64,000 bases of DNA from Mayamaea pseudoterrestris (taxonomy: Eukaryota): assembly GCA_027923505.1 (NCBI GenBank), contig BROI01000005.1, positions 868,001-932,000 of the forward strand. The letters run 5' to 3'. The translations under genes and the position numbers were made by a program. Of this stretch, positions 21,759-35,997 are shown piece after piece. Each line of letters starts with the position of its first letter. Position 1 is the stretch's first letter. The notes under the pieces are model-generated. The model saw only the letters and a list, made by a program, of their open reading frames with translations. It did no database searches and was not told the DNA's origin.

Positions 21759-24700
21759 CTGTGAAACAGAATTAAATATTAGCGAGGCATCGTGCGAGAA
21801 GCTTTACGGCAAAATGGACAGAACGCACCTGTTCCTTCAAAACTTCCTCTTCCGACACTTGCTCTCGCTGCATGTTGACCTCTTGGTCTTCCTCTGCTGC
21901 TTCTTCAATTGAAGGTTCGCCAAATCGGGCCTTGGTCTGGCTTTCAGAGTTCACTAGGACCATCAGTATCTTGTCAATGACAGCCTTGTCGTAGTCGTTT
22001 GTAATGAACTCCTGTCGCCGCAACACCCCGTTCCGGAGCGTCTCGGATAGCGGCACTGGTACAGGAATGCTGTTTGGTACGTTGTAGTCAAGCCTCTCAG
22101 TTAGAATGTCTATACACTTTTGGATTTTCTCGATGCCAATCAGCTTTGTCGAGGCGCCACTCCCGAGCGTTCCAGACTGAACAATCGCCAGAATCGCTTC
22201 AGGATCTTCTTCGAACAAGTTCAGTCCTTCTGGATTTGTATTGACATCGCCCTCGATTTCGTCTAGTCCTGATCTACTCTTTGCCTTGGCTGCAACAATA
22301 GCGTTAAATTCTTTCGAACGCGATGCAAACGCCAACTGGGTGAGCTCCCGAAAATGTTCCGATAGAAATGCGTATCCACGCTTTCTTGGTATGTTGTCGA
22401 TGCTTTGTTGACAAAGCATCCGGAATTGCATGTTTTCACTCCGCATTCCGTTCACGGTAAGCCATGCAGAGACATCAATTAGCAACTGCCTACTTGACTG
22501 TGGTCGCTCGAATGAAGGCGGCGCAGATGTAATTTTGTGTGTCGGCAACGACGCAAGAGACAAGAGATCCTCGCCGTGCGAAATTGGCGCTGGTACACCC
22601 GGGTGGTGAAGTGGTGACTGTACCGGTTGACGACTTAACAGCCTCGCCTGCTGATCGTGGATCAATTTTAGCACCTCAGGTATGACGAAAAGTTCAATAG
22701 TCTGACCTTTACCAATTCCCCGCATCCTGAATGCTCCTTGAGCATAATCGCGAAAAGTCATGTCTTTGCCGAGTGTAAGTGCTGCGCGGGCGTCGATGCA
22801 TTGGTGGATGTCCATGCCTGTGGTGTGGATTTGGTCATAAAAGGAAAATCGTCGGTCTGGCGAAATTCCAGACTGGTTCAGTCGAACCACGTTCATTCCT
22901 TGCCGCATCAAGATCATCTTCCGGTCTTTGTGGTCTAAGAAAACTACTCCCTCGAAGTGTTGTGCCAAGCCATGAGACAAAAGGTATCTCGCGACATCGA
23001 AATTGCTCATGCCAGTGACAAGTGCTCCACAATCAAGTAACACATGGAAGGGTGGGTCGGCTGTCGCAATGTCGTCGAGCAACTTCGCGACAGTCCAATC
23101 GACTCCAAGCAGTCGACTAGATACAATGGACTCTGAAGTCAAGTAGGCAATTATTTGACCGTCTACGCCTTCATCGTATTGGCATTGGCCTAGTTCCTGC
23201 ATAACAATAGACATGCTGTGTCAGCAACAATCATGTGATGAGTATCATACTTCGCAACTGTTTAACGTACTTCGGGCAATAAATCGGATGGGGTACCGCT
23301 AAAGCCAACTCTTTTTGAGAACAAGATGTCACCGCCAAGGTCTTGTCCAGATGCGCTAATTTTCTCGTGATTATGCTCCATAGTCAGCGGGAAGACAAAT
23401 GTGTCCAAGTAGTACTGAATGACTTGGGGTATTCGCTTTAAAAGATTAAAGGTGACACTCATGTGCTGATCATCTTTTAAATCAAGCAAGTGGAGTGGCC
23501 AGATGTCATCACTCCCGCGGCCACCGATCCTGCCGGACATTGGAGCTCGAAAAAACGCGTCCTCCGAAGTCTCATCTTCACTTCCTGGAACATGACCACT
23601 GACGTCTTCGCCTTCTTTCGGTCCTCGGACCTTCCCGCCGGCTTCTTCAACCCAACACTTATAAAGCAACGCTGCTGGGCGCTTGTGGTAAGGACCGAAC
23701 TCTGCATCAAGTTGTTCCCGGAGCGTCAGGAGGCAATTTTCAAAATCTGTAAAGCGCATACCCTCATATCGATAGGCCATAATCGTAAGACCAATGACAA
23801 TATCTGGGTGACTGAACTGACTGGCTCGACTAGGAATGTCTTTTCCAATAAATGGGATAGCACATAAACGTCTCGCGAGGGAGACATTGGGGTCGCTCTC
23901 GAGCGCTAGCTTAATATCCTGCTTCGAGAGCAGACCAAATGACACTCTGTTTATCTTGCTCATCACGTGCGGCAGAAAGTTACGGATCAAGTCGTGGCTG
24001 AGATTGACCATCTTCATGTACTCGTCATCGAGAGCAACGTGAACCGCCGAAGCTGCCTGTTTATCTTTCAGTGGACCATTGACCATGTACGAAATCAGAT
24101 GCCTATCTTCCACGGTGGGAAGTCTCTTGTTTCGAAGATAGAGGAGCTGCCAGCGGGCCATGAGCGGCTTAAGGTTCTTATGATAGAACGGCTTGTTCAG
24201 TAAACATAGATGGGGTGTGTGTTGAAAATGTTTTTCGCCGACGCCTTGCTGTACGGCTGACCGAATGTGATCAAGTATGGATATGGCCTCACGACTGTCT
24301 TGGAACTTAACCGACATCTTTCCTGTAGCAGCATAAAACACTGCATCGATGAGATGGTAGAAAATGTCCCATCGGAGCCCGATACCAAGCTTTCCCCGAG
24401 AAAAGTCGATGGGATCCTTGATACCAATCGGCCAATTTAGTTCGGATTTCAATGGATGCAAGATGAGGTCGACCTCGTCAAGAAGCAACACTCCCGACCG
24501 GAACAGCTTCAAGATCTCTACCGAATAGTACAACTCTTGTGGCTCCACTTCAGTCTGGACGATTTCCATTGAGTCGCGGAAGCGTCGAGCAATCGCTGAC
24601 AGGGAGAATGCACCAAAAAAGCCATTATTAGTAATCCGCCGCCTCGCTGAGCCAAACTTTTTCTCCTCTAATATCTTCATCATCTCCACAAACTTTAGTT

Positions 24701-27700
24701 CAAACGACTTGATGCTAGTTGGGTTCGCGCATATTACAGCCTTGCTGTCACGCGCCTTGATCAACTTCAGATAGAGCTCGCGTGTGACGGGCGTGCCTCG
24801 ATTAAATGTAAATGTGAATACGGGCTTTCGAACAACAGCGGCAAACTTTTCTCGCATCACCCCTCGTGAAAACTCAAGTAGAGCATGAGGAACCACCTGC
24901 GTGACTAGTGACTTTCCGTCAGCCAACATTAAAGCTAGAAGAGGCGTAACAACCGTTGTTTTTCCAGCGCCCATGATCATTTGGGTGCACATGGATTTAT
25001 CGTTGCGCAGGGAATGCATAAGCTATATAATAAAAACCGAGGCGACTGTGAGCCCAGTCGAATTCGTCGCATGTAATTTCGTAAAACATCATACATACCT
25101 TGTCGACTAAAATAACTTGACTCTTTCGCAGCATTAAATTATATGTGAACTCAAAAACGAGATAGCGCGGGTCAAAGATGAAAAAATTCCCATCCGTCGC
25201 GAGCTTCATAAAATGACGTTCAGTCGCAACATCTTCCGAGACCTTCGAAGCTTGAAGGTTGATCTCTTTGCAAATTCGATTTTGCTGATCGTGCTCATTA
25301 ATGGACCGCACGCTACGTAGCAAGATGATCAGCTTCGAAAGACTAAAAACGAGCAGGTGGTGAGGTGAGGTACTAGAAAAATAAGCTAAATTCACGGCAC
25401 CCTAATAGTTTACCTTGACAGTGCGCGATGGGTCTGGGCAATACGAATCGAAGTCAGCATCGCCACAACCGTAAGACTCGTAACCGTCTTGTACGCTATA
25501 GACGACATGTGCGGGTTTTGCGATCGAATGTCGTGCTCGGCGGTAGTGGACAAGATTGATGCTACCAAAAGTTCAAACCATGGCGCAGGCTCGCGATCCC
25601 CAGCTTGACCAAGCCGAAATCTCAAAAAATTGAGCTCTCCAATGTGATCGATAACATTTTGATTGTCGCTACGTTCATCACTTGTTGCAATTGCCAGAGC
25701 TCGTTTCATTAAGTTCCAAAGCGATTTCCGGTCAAACTCCATCGCTTGGTTCAATGACTTAATCAATTTACTCAAATTCGCTGTCGCTTTGCTAAGCGAC
25801 ACCGGGTCGCGATGCAAAGACACAATTTCGGCGGGAGTAAACCCAATGAGTGTCGGAACCGTCTCCACATTCGTTTTCTGGCCATACTTAAACACATCAT
25901 CGACGAGACGTCGAATTGTTGCCTGAGAACAATGAGTTTGTGACGCGCGATCGCCAGAAACGTCAAACGGCAAAGTTATGGGAACTGCGGGCTTGGCAAG
26001 CTGCGCCCGCGTCAAATGGCTAACAAACTGGTCGAGTTTTATGGGAGCTAGAGGCGTTGTTGCGAATGCTTGAAGTTGCTTAAGCGGAATGTTGACAGCG
26101 GCGCAATTTTGCACGTCAAGGTAAAAGCTTGACTGCGAATAATCTGAAATGCGGGGACAAACCCAGAGGCGATGCTGAGAATATGATTCAGGCCGGCTGA
26201 GGATCATTGTCGAACGAGGTATCGATTCCTGCCAAATATTCGTGTTTTTGATCATTGCGCGAACACCGTCTTGAATGAGGAAGTTGTGGCACTGATCGAT
26301 CAACCGTGTGACTGAATCTTTGCCAGCAAACATGCCCTTAATCTTGCTCATTCCGCTATCGACTTGAAACTTTGGAAGATTTGGATGGGACGCAATGGCA
26401 GGGTTTTCAGCCAAAATCTTCAAGATAGACATTTCCGCTGACATGCTCTTGAAATCAGATGGGGGAAGTATGCGGAAAAGTATCCGACCCCAGTTAAACG
26501 GTCTGTCGCTTGGATGCACTTTAAACTTAACTGTTCCCGTCATGAGATCATATAGCAAGGGGAATCCATAACGAGAGGATGTCATTTCAACACCAGACGA
26601 CAATGCCATGTTGACAAACTCGAGTGCCTTTAACCCCCCGTATGCAATATCATCCTGCGCATAGCACCGCAACCGTGTGAGCAAATGGGGCCATTTCAGT
26701 CTATCAGCCAGATCATTCGAGCGTACTTACCTCCTCTGGCCGACTGTATGCGGCACCAAAAAACTTTGCTGATAGCATAGTCTTCTTAGGGTTCTCGAGG
26801 ATTGTATAGTCAGCACCAAAATCAAAATTTTCTACTAGCGGTGGCTTCTCCTTTCCGAGCTTGACTGTGAGTGTCTTGTCTTTGGTTAAGGTCGAGAGCG
26901 TCATGACGGCAGCCACAAACGCCTTTCGATTTAGCAGCAACAATGGCAGTCGACTACTCTCCTCATGCGCCGAACACATTTGCAATATAAGCATCTCTTC
27001 GTCTGTCGTTAGTCGACAAGCCGATGAAACAAAAGCATGCTTCCTTACATAAGCCTCCATCTCTTCAACAATGCTCCATGGACACTTCATGGATGACTCA
27101 GCACCAAGACCGACTGTGACGGTCGATATCTTTAGTCGACAGGCATGTGCATCAGGATGATAATCATTACCTAGAAACTCTAGCTGGTTGAATATTTGTT
27201 GCTAAAAGAAAACAAGACGACGTTATGAGAAAAAGGAAGATCGGATGTGGCAAACGAACATATAATGAACCTACCTCTTCAGCAGTCAGCTCCTCACTAA
27301 CGCAGGATTCTACCATCTTAAACACTTCGCGATACGAGCCCGTAATAAAGTACATCAGGAGAAGGTACAGCGATGAAGCCAGCGATGGGGTCGTGAGGAA
27401 TGCTCGCGAGTTATGAACAGGGTATAAGTACGAACGCACTTCGCCAATGTTACTGATCCAATCTTGATTTCTTCGGTCTAAAACAACTTGTACAGAAAGA
27501 TGCATTCCATCCGTATGCAATCGTCGCGGCAATGCGCAACTCGGTAGAAGTACAAACAAGTCGTTATCAGCATTCTGCAAGACAATGAAGTGTGATATGG
27601 TACCCAACAAGCGTTCCGATAGTTCGCGCGCTTCCGTTGATGTCGCTATGTACAAACCATCGTAGTCGTTACTGTAGAGACGGTAGTCCACTTGGCCGTC

Positions 27701-30700
27701 AATGTCTTCAAACCTTTTTGCCTTGAAAGCAAGGTTGATTCTGGGCAGCTCGACAAGATCGATAGTTGCTTGGGCATGCACAGATTTTATAGCAGACGAG
27801 CTCCAGATAAGGACATTTGAAAGATTATCCAATCGGGACAGAAGCATACCAACCCGCTTCAGCAAAGATGACGGCGTTTCTGTCAAAATATTCAGGAGAG
27901 TCAGTGTCGGTCGATTCGTGTCGATTGTTTCAACTTCGTGATCGGTCCCAATAACTGGTACCCGCTGGATCAACGCTTCTGCAGAAGAGTTACAGAAACC
28001 AGTCTTGTCAAAATCAGATCCCTTCGACAGCGTAATTCGCAGACGCGTGGAGAGTGCCTCCTCGGGTGCTTGGGCCGCTGCTGCTTCCTCATTGTGTTCG
28101 TCGTCGCCATCTACCAAGAGAGGCTTCTCGTATCCGATTATATCATCGCTTTCATCTTGCCAAAAGACATACTTCTCCACCAGCGCCGATGGAAGCAAGC
28201 CAGCCAAAAACCGTGGCGGTACAAACGTTTGAGTGCCGAGATTCGTATTTAACGCTCGGGTAACTATAAGAGTCGGAGCTGATTCTACCGTCGTCATTGG
28301 CACCCCTGCAGAGAGCGAAAGGATACCGCCTACGCGGTCGGGGTAAGGCTCGCCATTTTCCACTTCGTGTAAACAGACCGAAAGGTTCGATGAATACTCC
28401 AGCACTCGCATGTGCCGCCGACCGTATTCCACAACATTATATACAGCGATGACTGGCGGATGTTGCCAAACAACCACCTCCTTCAACGTATGGGTCATCA
28501 TGGACGACTCGCTCTTGCTCTTGTTCTCCATCCATCCTGACAGGACCGAGTACGCGGCAGTTGTCTGGTCTTCCGAAGACATATATAGCGTCACACCCGG
28601 TAAAATCAGTGGCAATTTGTTGTTTAACGTATCACCCAGCCATTGCTCGCCGTTGCGGAGATTGTCAGGAAATTTACGGCTCAGCTTCGCATCAAACGCG
28701 CCTTTAATGTCATAATAGTTCCGCTGGTCGGGGGCCCACGAGAGTACATCATAACGCCGGCCAACAAGACGCCACCAATACCGATTAGTTGTGTGCATCA
28801 CTTCAGCGCACGCCACATCGTCCGAGCCTCCAAGAGCCGCATGTTTTGTTACAGCGAAATCCGGATCATCAATAATGTGCTGGTCAAGGAGCGACATTTT
28901 GTGATTCTGCAGTGTAAACTCACTTAGTTGCATGTTCACTTCGATTCCAACAGCCTTCGTCGTGACATACAGCATCCATTCTTCGTACGATTGGCCAGGT
29001 TTTGGAATCCTGTACGACCCGTCGCGAAGCTCCGCATCCTCCGTGTCAGGGACGAATCGGCCGTAGCACGTCGGGTGCGCAATACTCGCCCAATGACGCT
29101 CCTGCATTTTAACATCCTCCGACTCTCGCGTTCCCGTTCCAGTCGCAATGCGCACCACTGCTTCCATCGCCCGGTCGCCGTCTTTCTTCTGCTCCCGGAT
29201 GAATCGAAGCAGATTGTATCGATGCGTTTGCACAATTCCAAAAATTTCCGATTGAGCAATCTGAATTGATGGCGGCGGCTGGGTGGGACTTGCCTTGTCC
29301 TGCAAATCGTCGTAAACCTTGTTGCTAAATTTATGGTTGATCGTCAAGTAAACCTGCGACGACATCAAAATGGACACGGCGCGATAATCGAGATCTTCAT
29401 AGTCGTAATTCTTAAAGACATACATCAGATGGGCGTGCGTTAAACAGTTGACATCCACCGCCTTGTTTCGGGACGGGTCAATCCAATATTCAAGCGTAGG
29501 GATAGCTTGGGCGTCTAGCATGCCGCGAATCTTCTTGAGAGCGGTTTCGACTTTGATATTGTCCATCGTCTCTAACCCGCGCGGCCGTGGCTGCCCAGGT
29601 ACGCACTTCTTTAACGCATACTTTAAATATCCCTCCACACGGACAGCTAAACGAATAGTGTAGAGTATCAAAGGACCGGAAGATGACTTTCTCGTGTATC
29701 TGCCCACATCCATGTCAAGCGCGCGTTCTAACATTTTCGAAATGCAGCTCGTCAACACATCTGGCGACTTGGCAATTTCATTAAACAAGGTGCCATGCGG
29801 CGTAGCTAATATGCTTTCCAGTCGATCAATGTCAACAACGGGAACTTCAGAAATGTAATCCTTAAAATCGGCGGGCTTCCAACGACCTGGCTCAAAGAGG
29901 GCTGCATCAACAATAATCTGCATAGTCTTGGCCTTTAAAGCGGAAAGTCGATTAGGATCTCCATTAGCGAAAAAGTCTAAAATGAGCGGAATTCTAATAT
30001 AGGGGACGGTCAAAAACTGAACAAACTTTTCCGAATCAGACGGAGTCAGAACGTGCCCAAACGTTGGCAACTCCTTGTCCTCAAGATGCAGAATGTCGTC
30101 TTCCGTAACAACGGACACAGGCTTCGCTCTAAAAGTTACGTTTCGCGTGTCAGTGGCAGCCTCAATCGCAACGAGCCGTCATAAGCGCACACCATAAGCT
30201 TACCGTTTATTGCTAATCCACTTTTCACCACACGAGTTGACAACTGTGTTCGGGTCGCACGACGACAGTCGGGAACGCTCGATCCTTGTCTTCGCACTAT
30301 ACAATTTCAGAAACCCAAGAAATTTCTTGTCCTTGTCCCGGGTCGACTCTTCCTGCTGTGCGACGCGCTCTACAAATTCCTGAGCATGCGATTGAAACGC
30401 TGTCACGTTGTAAAGCAGTATTGGATCGTCCTTTTCCTTGCGTACGACAGTCCAATGCAGCGTCGCGTCTGAAGGCAGCCATGTATGACTATCTGGTACG
30501 TCTGGTGAAGCCTGCTTACCAGACACGGCGTGCTTGAAATGAAACACAATGTCACGAAAATATTCCATTTCAGGCAACACTTCGTATAGCGATCCGTTCC
30601 GTCCGGAAATAAGATTCGCGGCGTGATTCATTGTCGCTTCCTTCGTCGGGGGAAACGGTCGTCGGAATGCAAGATTAATTGATAGTTGATCGACCAAGAC

Positions 30701-33570
30701 CATGTCTCCAGCTAGAGGATGGAGGTACTTGTCAAAGTTGAAGATTGTGTTTCGCTTCGTACCATCGTCTTTCATGCAAAGGCACCGCAGATAATCAAGA
30801 CATTGAAATCGCAACGAGCAAATATTTGGGTCATAGATCGGCAAGTTTGAACCAAGCGTGTCAAATGCTCCAGCTTCAATACCAAACGGTTCGGTCGGAC
30901 CTTCGCACAAACCAGAGTAGTGCAGGGCAAATGCGCTTGGATCATCCACCGCAACGACGCGGCAAATGGAATCGGCCACACACGCAGCACAAGCCAAGGT
31001 GATCGATCGCATGGCTGTCAAACCACGTGATTCCTGAACCCGCGCAGTCGAAGCCGAATATATCCGACACAAACGTCGAATTAGAAATAGCAAGTTCAAC
31101 TGGGTTTCCCGCCGCATATCACTCCTTCTCCAAAAGCAAAATTTAGGGTCCGAGTTTGGCATCGGCAAGACCGTCGTCAAAGCGTACTGAGCTGCAGACG
31201 CCGCAAAGGCTGGCGAATTCTTTATCAAACGTCGTTGCTGTAACAGCAAACTGCAAGCATCAGCAATGCGCTGCATGTAGGATGACGCATTCGCATAATT
31301 AGTAGCCACAGGTGGGAGCTCCTCGTCGGTCAAGACGGGTGGAATAATGATTGGATCCGGCCGCGGATCGCCCATCAAGCGCTTGACGACAGAATCGTAG
31401 TCGTCCCTCCTCAATCGACCAAATAATGGATGCGCTGCCGAACCTGCGCCCGTCGCCAGAGACAAGATTTTTCCCTTCGCAAAATCGTCATTCATCGCTG
31501 CGCCCGCAAGTCCATGCGAATACTGGTCAATGGCCTTGGCTGACGAGAAGTTTACCTTCAAGATGACCTTGTCGAGCAGATCCCATACATCCGACAAGGT
31601 TGACCCAAGCGTTCCGTCACCAACTGACATGGGATCAATCGTCGACGCATAGTTGGCCAAGTTACGACCGGCAAGTTTAAGAATGCGCGTGTCTTCCGGA
31701 TCCATCGAGTGTGGACCAGCCGCCTCGATTTCTCCGTACGCCAAATCCATGGCTGCTGTCTTGACGTAGAGTTGAGCGTACTTCGCCGACTTGCCGCCTA
31801 TAGCCGGCGTCGTTGTCAGCGCCAATAGTGCCATTGGGTGATACGATTGATGCGATGTTGAGTTTGGTACTTCCAGGTAATCAGCGGGACCTTGATCCAA
31901 GTTTGACAGTAGCGGACGCGAGTTGAGCGCTGGCAGCAGCTTGGTATACAAAAAGGCTGCAGTGTTTTTACGCGACGGGTAGACTTGCATACGAAACAGC
32001 AGTATCCAAAAGGATGAATCCATAATACGATCACCAGGAATATCCCACACAGTCATGCCCAACTGCTTCAATTCTTTGCCAGTTTCCGAATCAAAACTCG
32101 CTGGATGAAATTGCAATCCGTCCTTGCCAGTGTTGCAAACCGTAAAGCTCCACTTATTGTTTCCGCAATTGCGCAAAATGTACAAGCAAATGTACGTGTA
32201 TTCTGGTTGCTGCCAACCACCAGGCAACACCAGTTGCTGATTGACTTGCACATGCTCAAGCATGGATAAAAAGACATTCATGTAATTGAGAAACAATGCA
32301 TCCAAATTGGATCCTGACGCACCAGCCGAGTGTGGCAGTAAAGAAATCAACTTGATACATGCTTCGACAGCAAAGTGGTTGGATCGCAAAAATCCAAGTG
32401 GGTTCAATTTGTTGTTTCGTTGCGCGTAGCGTCCCCTCGCAGACGCACTTGCCTTGAGTGTTTCCGCACAAACGTAGCCAACAAAGCCAAGCGCGCGTGA
32501 CAATTGCTCATACATGGCCGGTCGGTCTTTTAGCTTGTCAGGATGAACAGGCTTCTGTTGAATGTACGAGGTCAAGTCAAGCATGGACCAAAAAGGTGGA
32601 ACGCGGAAGATTGGTGAAAACTTTCGTTCGGGCAATTGGTTGCTTGTTCCAGCCAAAAAGTCGTAGGGATTAAACAAGACGGTTGTGTCTTCTGCGGCCG
32701 GTTCACCGGTTGTATTTTTCGTCAAAGTGACTCCACTCGCTCCCAGTCCTCCAGCAGCAGTTTGTGCATTGCGTCCCGCGTTGAATTGTTCAAGCTGTGT
32801 CTTTCTAATTTCTTCCTTTTCCTTCAACATGCGCGCTCGTATTTTAGCCTCCTCCTGCTCGCGAGCGTGCTTGGCTTGAATGTCTTGTGGCGAAAGTTGT
32901 CGGACGGCTTGCTTGGCCGAAGGGTTTGTCGCCGCTTCCGCAAACGCTCGTACTGGTGGAGTTGCAATCGCACTTGATGGCGGAGAAGCATTGGCAGAGG
33001 GCGAGGTTGAAGCTGTCGGCGTGTTTCGATTGCTGCTGGAGTTCTTGCTGCTACTATTAGTATTGCTTGGAGTTGTAGCAATCCCCATGCGTGCCAACGC
33101 AGCGGCCGCATCATCCGACGGGCTCGTCGCAGAATTCGCTGTTGGTGACTTGGCTGAGACTGGAGTCGACAATGATGCTGGACTCGCCGTGTTCTTTGTA
33201 CTTGCAATGGTTGCGTTCATGTTAAGGAATGACGATGACGTATGAATGGGCGGAAGACTGCTTTTGTCACTTGATGCGGTCAACGTTGGCGAAGTCAACG
33301 ATAGCGTACTGGTGCCTGCTGGTAACGAATCCAGGCCAGCAAATGGATCCGGCGGTTCATACGCTGGTTGCGGAGTGCGAACTGGTTGTTGCTGTTGAAA
33401 TGCCATGGCTGGCGGTGGTCCTTGATGTTGTTGTTGCTGCTGCTGCAGATGAAAGGCTGCTGGAGGTGGAGGATTTGTTCGTTGCTGCGGCATGGCAGCA
33501 GAAAAACTCGCCTGCTGCATCCTTTGCTGCTGAAAGACTCCTGGCGGCGGCGGTCCTCCCGTAAATCCTA

Positions 33571-33602
<32 letters not shown>

Positions 33603-33826
33603 GGCTGCTGCATGATAACATAGGATGGCGGAAACCATCCTTCCGGTCCACCATTGATCACGCTGCCCCACCACCAAGCTCCCTGCTGATGCGGCTTGGC
33701 GAGGAGGACGGTTCCAGCATGAAAGGACAGTTGCGACTGGCGCGGGTCTCCTTGAAAAGCATGCTTGGCAACGTACTGGCCGATGGGGGTATTGCTGCTG
33801 CTGATGTTGTTGCTGCTGGAGGACAT
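19650..33826 (-). CDS. Giant multidomain protein (~4553 aa): SH3, polyQ, DUF3638/DUF3645 P-loop helicase-like module, polyE, EF-hands, Vps62/DUF946-like C-terminus
   Basis: Exons 33826-30204, 30128-27275, 27201-26731, 26654-25414, 25342-25099, 25022-23271, 23196-21829 and 21758-19650 join via GT-AG introns to 13662 nt in frame. Motifs: WWWG..GWFPPSYV, QMIMGAGKTTV, LLLDEVD, IPFIGKDIPSRASQFSHPD, GFSGTP, QGAFRMR, DxDxDG EF loops, PPSEEFVALG and IWDDSG. Confidence 0.88.
21706..21758 (-). repeat. GAG/GAA trinucleotide run encoding poly-Glu
   Basis: (tcc/ttc)n on the plus strand at the start of exon 8 of the giant gene. Confidence 0.9.
33571..33612 (-). repeat. CAG microsatellite encoding poly-Gln
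   Basis: (ctg)n on the plus strand, translating as QQPQQQQQQQQQQ. Confidence 0.9.
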
Positions 33827-34238
33827 GGTAGCTGCTGCTGATGCTGCGTCTGCTGCGTCGTTGCCGTCGAGCCGCAGCTACCTTCCTTAAGCTACTGCTG
33901 CTGCGTACTCTCTATACTCTATGACTCTGTATATGATACGAGTTGCTTGCTGATCGCTGCTCTTGACTCTCGATTGGCGTAGATCGGCCCGCTGCATACA
34001 CTATCATACGGTGTTTAGCGCAGCATGCTTTCGTGATTGGCGAACGGATACGGACGTTTCTCGGGCGCGCCAGGATCGACGGTTATTGCTGACGTCACGA
34101 GCTCCACCTTAAAAACGTCACGCACCTCTCGTTCCGCGGGCGAGCGAGTCGACGTTCCTCTCGCAGGATCACAACAACTACTGTTACCTTGTACCTATCA
34201 TACCGGCTCTCACACTACAGTAGCTGCCTCATAATAAC

Positions 34239-34949
34239 ATGAGACCTCTCCATTTTAGCAGTCTACTGTGTCTACTAATCGCTGCTACTTTGCTTGCAAT
34301 CGTTCCAGTCGACTCATGGATCAGCAGTCAGCATCCCCATCATCGAGATACTAGCAGCAGGAGCAGCAGTCGACGAGCAACTAGAAGATTATCCATGTCC
34401 ACTACCGACAGTAACAGCAATCTGCACGGACAAAATTCTTGCTTCATGCCACTCAAGCAACTTGATCAAGACTATTATGCGCCCAGAATCATTCACGTTG
34501 CCGGAACCTTTCCAGGAATTACGAAACAAGAAATACTCGCAACACCACCATCGGAACCATCGCCTGATCAGGGACAATGGTCATATGACTTTTGTACCTC
34601 ATTGCAAGTAGGAAAAGTTGCCGTTGAAGGAAGTCAAATCGTTCATGCCGTCCAAGATCCAGTCATTGTCATTGCAGAACATTCGTCGCTGAACATTCCG
34701 TTACCCAAGGAACTCACATCGGTTGATCTTATCGTACTCGTCGATCGATCCAATCGCCGCTTTGGAGAGCGAAAGTTCTTGCTTACGTATACTGCAACCG
34801 ACGGGGTTGTCATTGGAGCATACAATACCAAGGCGGATCTACCACCTGACTGCGAAATCCTTGGACAAGTGGCCATGGTGCAGGTGCCGTGGTTGCCGGC
34901 AATGCAGCCAACCAAGTCTGGCTTTATGGAAGTCGATGAATACTTTTAG
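34239..34949 (+). CDS. Uncharacterised protein with signal peptide and probable plastid transit peptide
   Basis: Hydrophobic N-terminus, VDS-W cleavage-like site, S/R-rich transit-like stretch, then a globular region. Confidence 0.75.
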   Translation: MRPLHFSSLLCLLIAATLLAIVPVDSWISSQHPHHRDTSSRSSSRRATRRLSMSTTDSNSNLHGQNSCFMPLKQLDQDYYAPRIIHVAGTFPGITKQEILATPPSEPSPDQGQWSYDFCTSLQVGKVAVEGSQIVHAVQDPVIVIAEHSSLNIPLPKELTSVDLIVLVDRSNRRFGERKFLLTYTATDGVVIGAYNTKADLPPDCEILGQVAMVQVPWLPAMQPTKSGFMEVDEYF

Positions 34950-35095
34950 ATGCTTACTTGTTTCGTTACATCGTGTCCTCCCTTTCTGCCATGTACGGTA
35001 GGTGTAGCTTTTAGTACTGTACTCCCTGCGTTTTACTACATATATTTAAACTTAAAACATTTGGCACCATTGACCCCAAACTAGTCGTGCAAGAA

Positions 35096-35997
35096 TCACC
35101 CAGTCTCTACATCCGTGGGATCATGCACCATGTTCCCACCTCCGGCTTTGCGGACGCGGCCAGCTGTCTCGACGCGCTCGTGGTAGTCCTTCAACAAACG
35201 ATTGTAGACGCGGTGCAAGCAGCACAATCCCATTAAGAAATACAGAATTCCAAATCCCATGATAATGTAGGACACAGCGCGCGTGTAGTTCAGCGCAATG
35301 TCGTATCCACGATCATTCTTGTAGCGAGATGTTTGGGAAGGATCAGAGTTTTCTTCAAGCGTGCGATCGTTCAGCTGCACACTCACCACGCCGATGAAAA
35401 CGTAAAAGAGCCCTCGCATGGGCCAATGTCCAAGTATCATGGACTCACGCGTATATTTTGTCCACTCTAGCTCGCTCAGAATGATGCCAAGGCACGCTAA
35501 AATCAAATAGGCATTCAGCACATACTCAATGGCGCCTTGACTCTCGTAGACCATGGCAAGAATTTCGCCAATGGCCAAACAAAGAGCAGCAGTGGCTGTC
35601 AAGACGGAAATAACGATAAATATCTTGTGAAGAAGCTTGCGATGGGGGTGGACAAGCTCATTGTGCGCCGCCTTTGTCTGGTCCTTGCGAATCTGTTCGG
35701 CCGTTTTCTTGTTGGCGGTACTGTCCTTGGTGACGGTTGTGTCATTCGTCGTCGTTGCTGCTGTCGTCGTCGTGTTGTGGGGTGAGTCGACTGCTGTTGT
35801 ACCTGGAGCTTGGACCGGCGCCGAAGCCTGGGCCTCCTGCGTATGAAGGTCTTGGCTGCAGAAAGTGGTACGAAACGAAAATGAGTGAGCAAGCAAGCAA
35901 TGAATAACGAGACAATTGGCGCGACAGAATACGACTACGAGAAATCTGATTGCGAGAGATCAGCAGCTACTCACTTAATTTCTTCTTCCTTCATCAT
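35096..35997 (-). CDS. COPI-associated / TVP15-like Golgi membrane protein; 2 exons (35997-35975, 35855-35096)
   Basis: Four predicted TM segments and the motif LGHWPMRGLFYVFIG. A gtgagt...cag intron keeps the frame. Confidence 0.7.
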
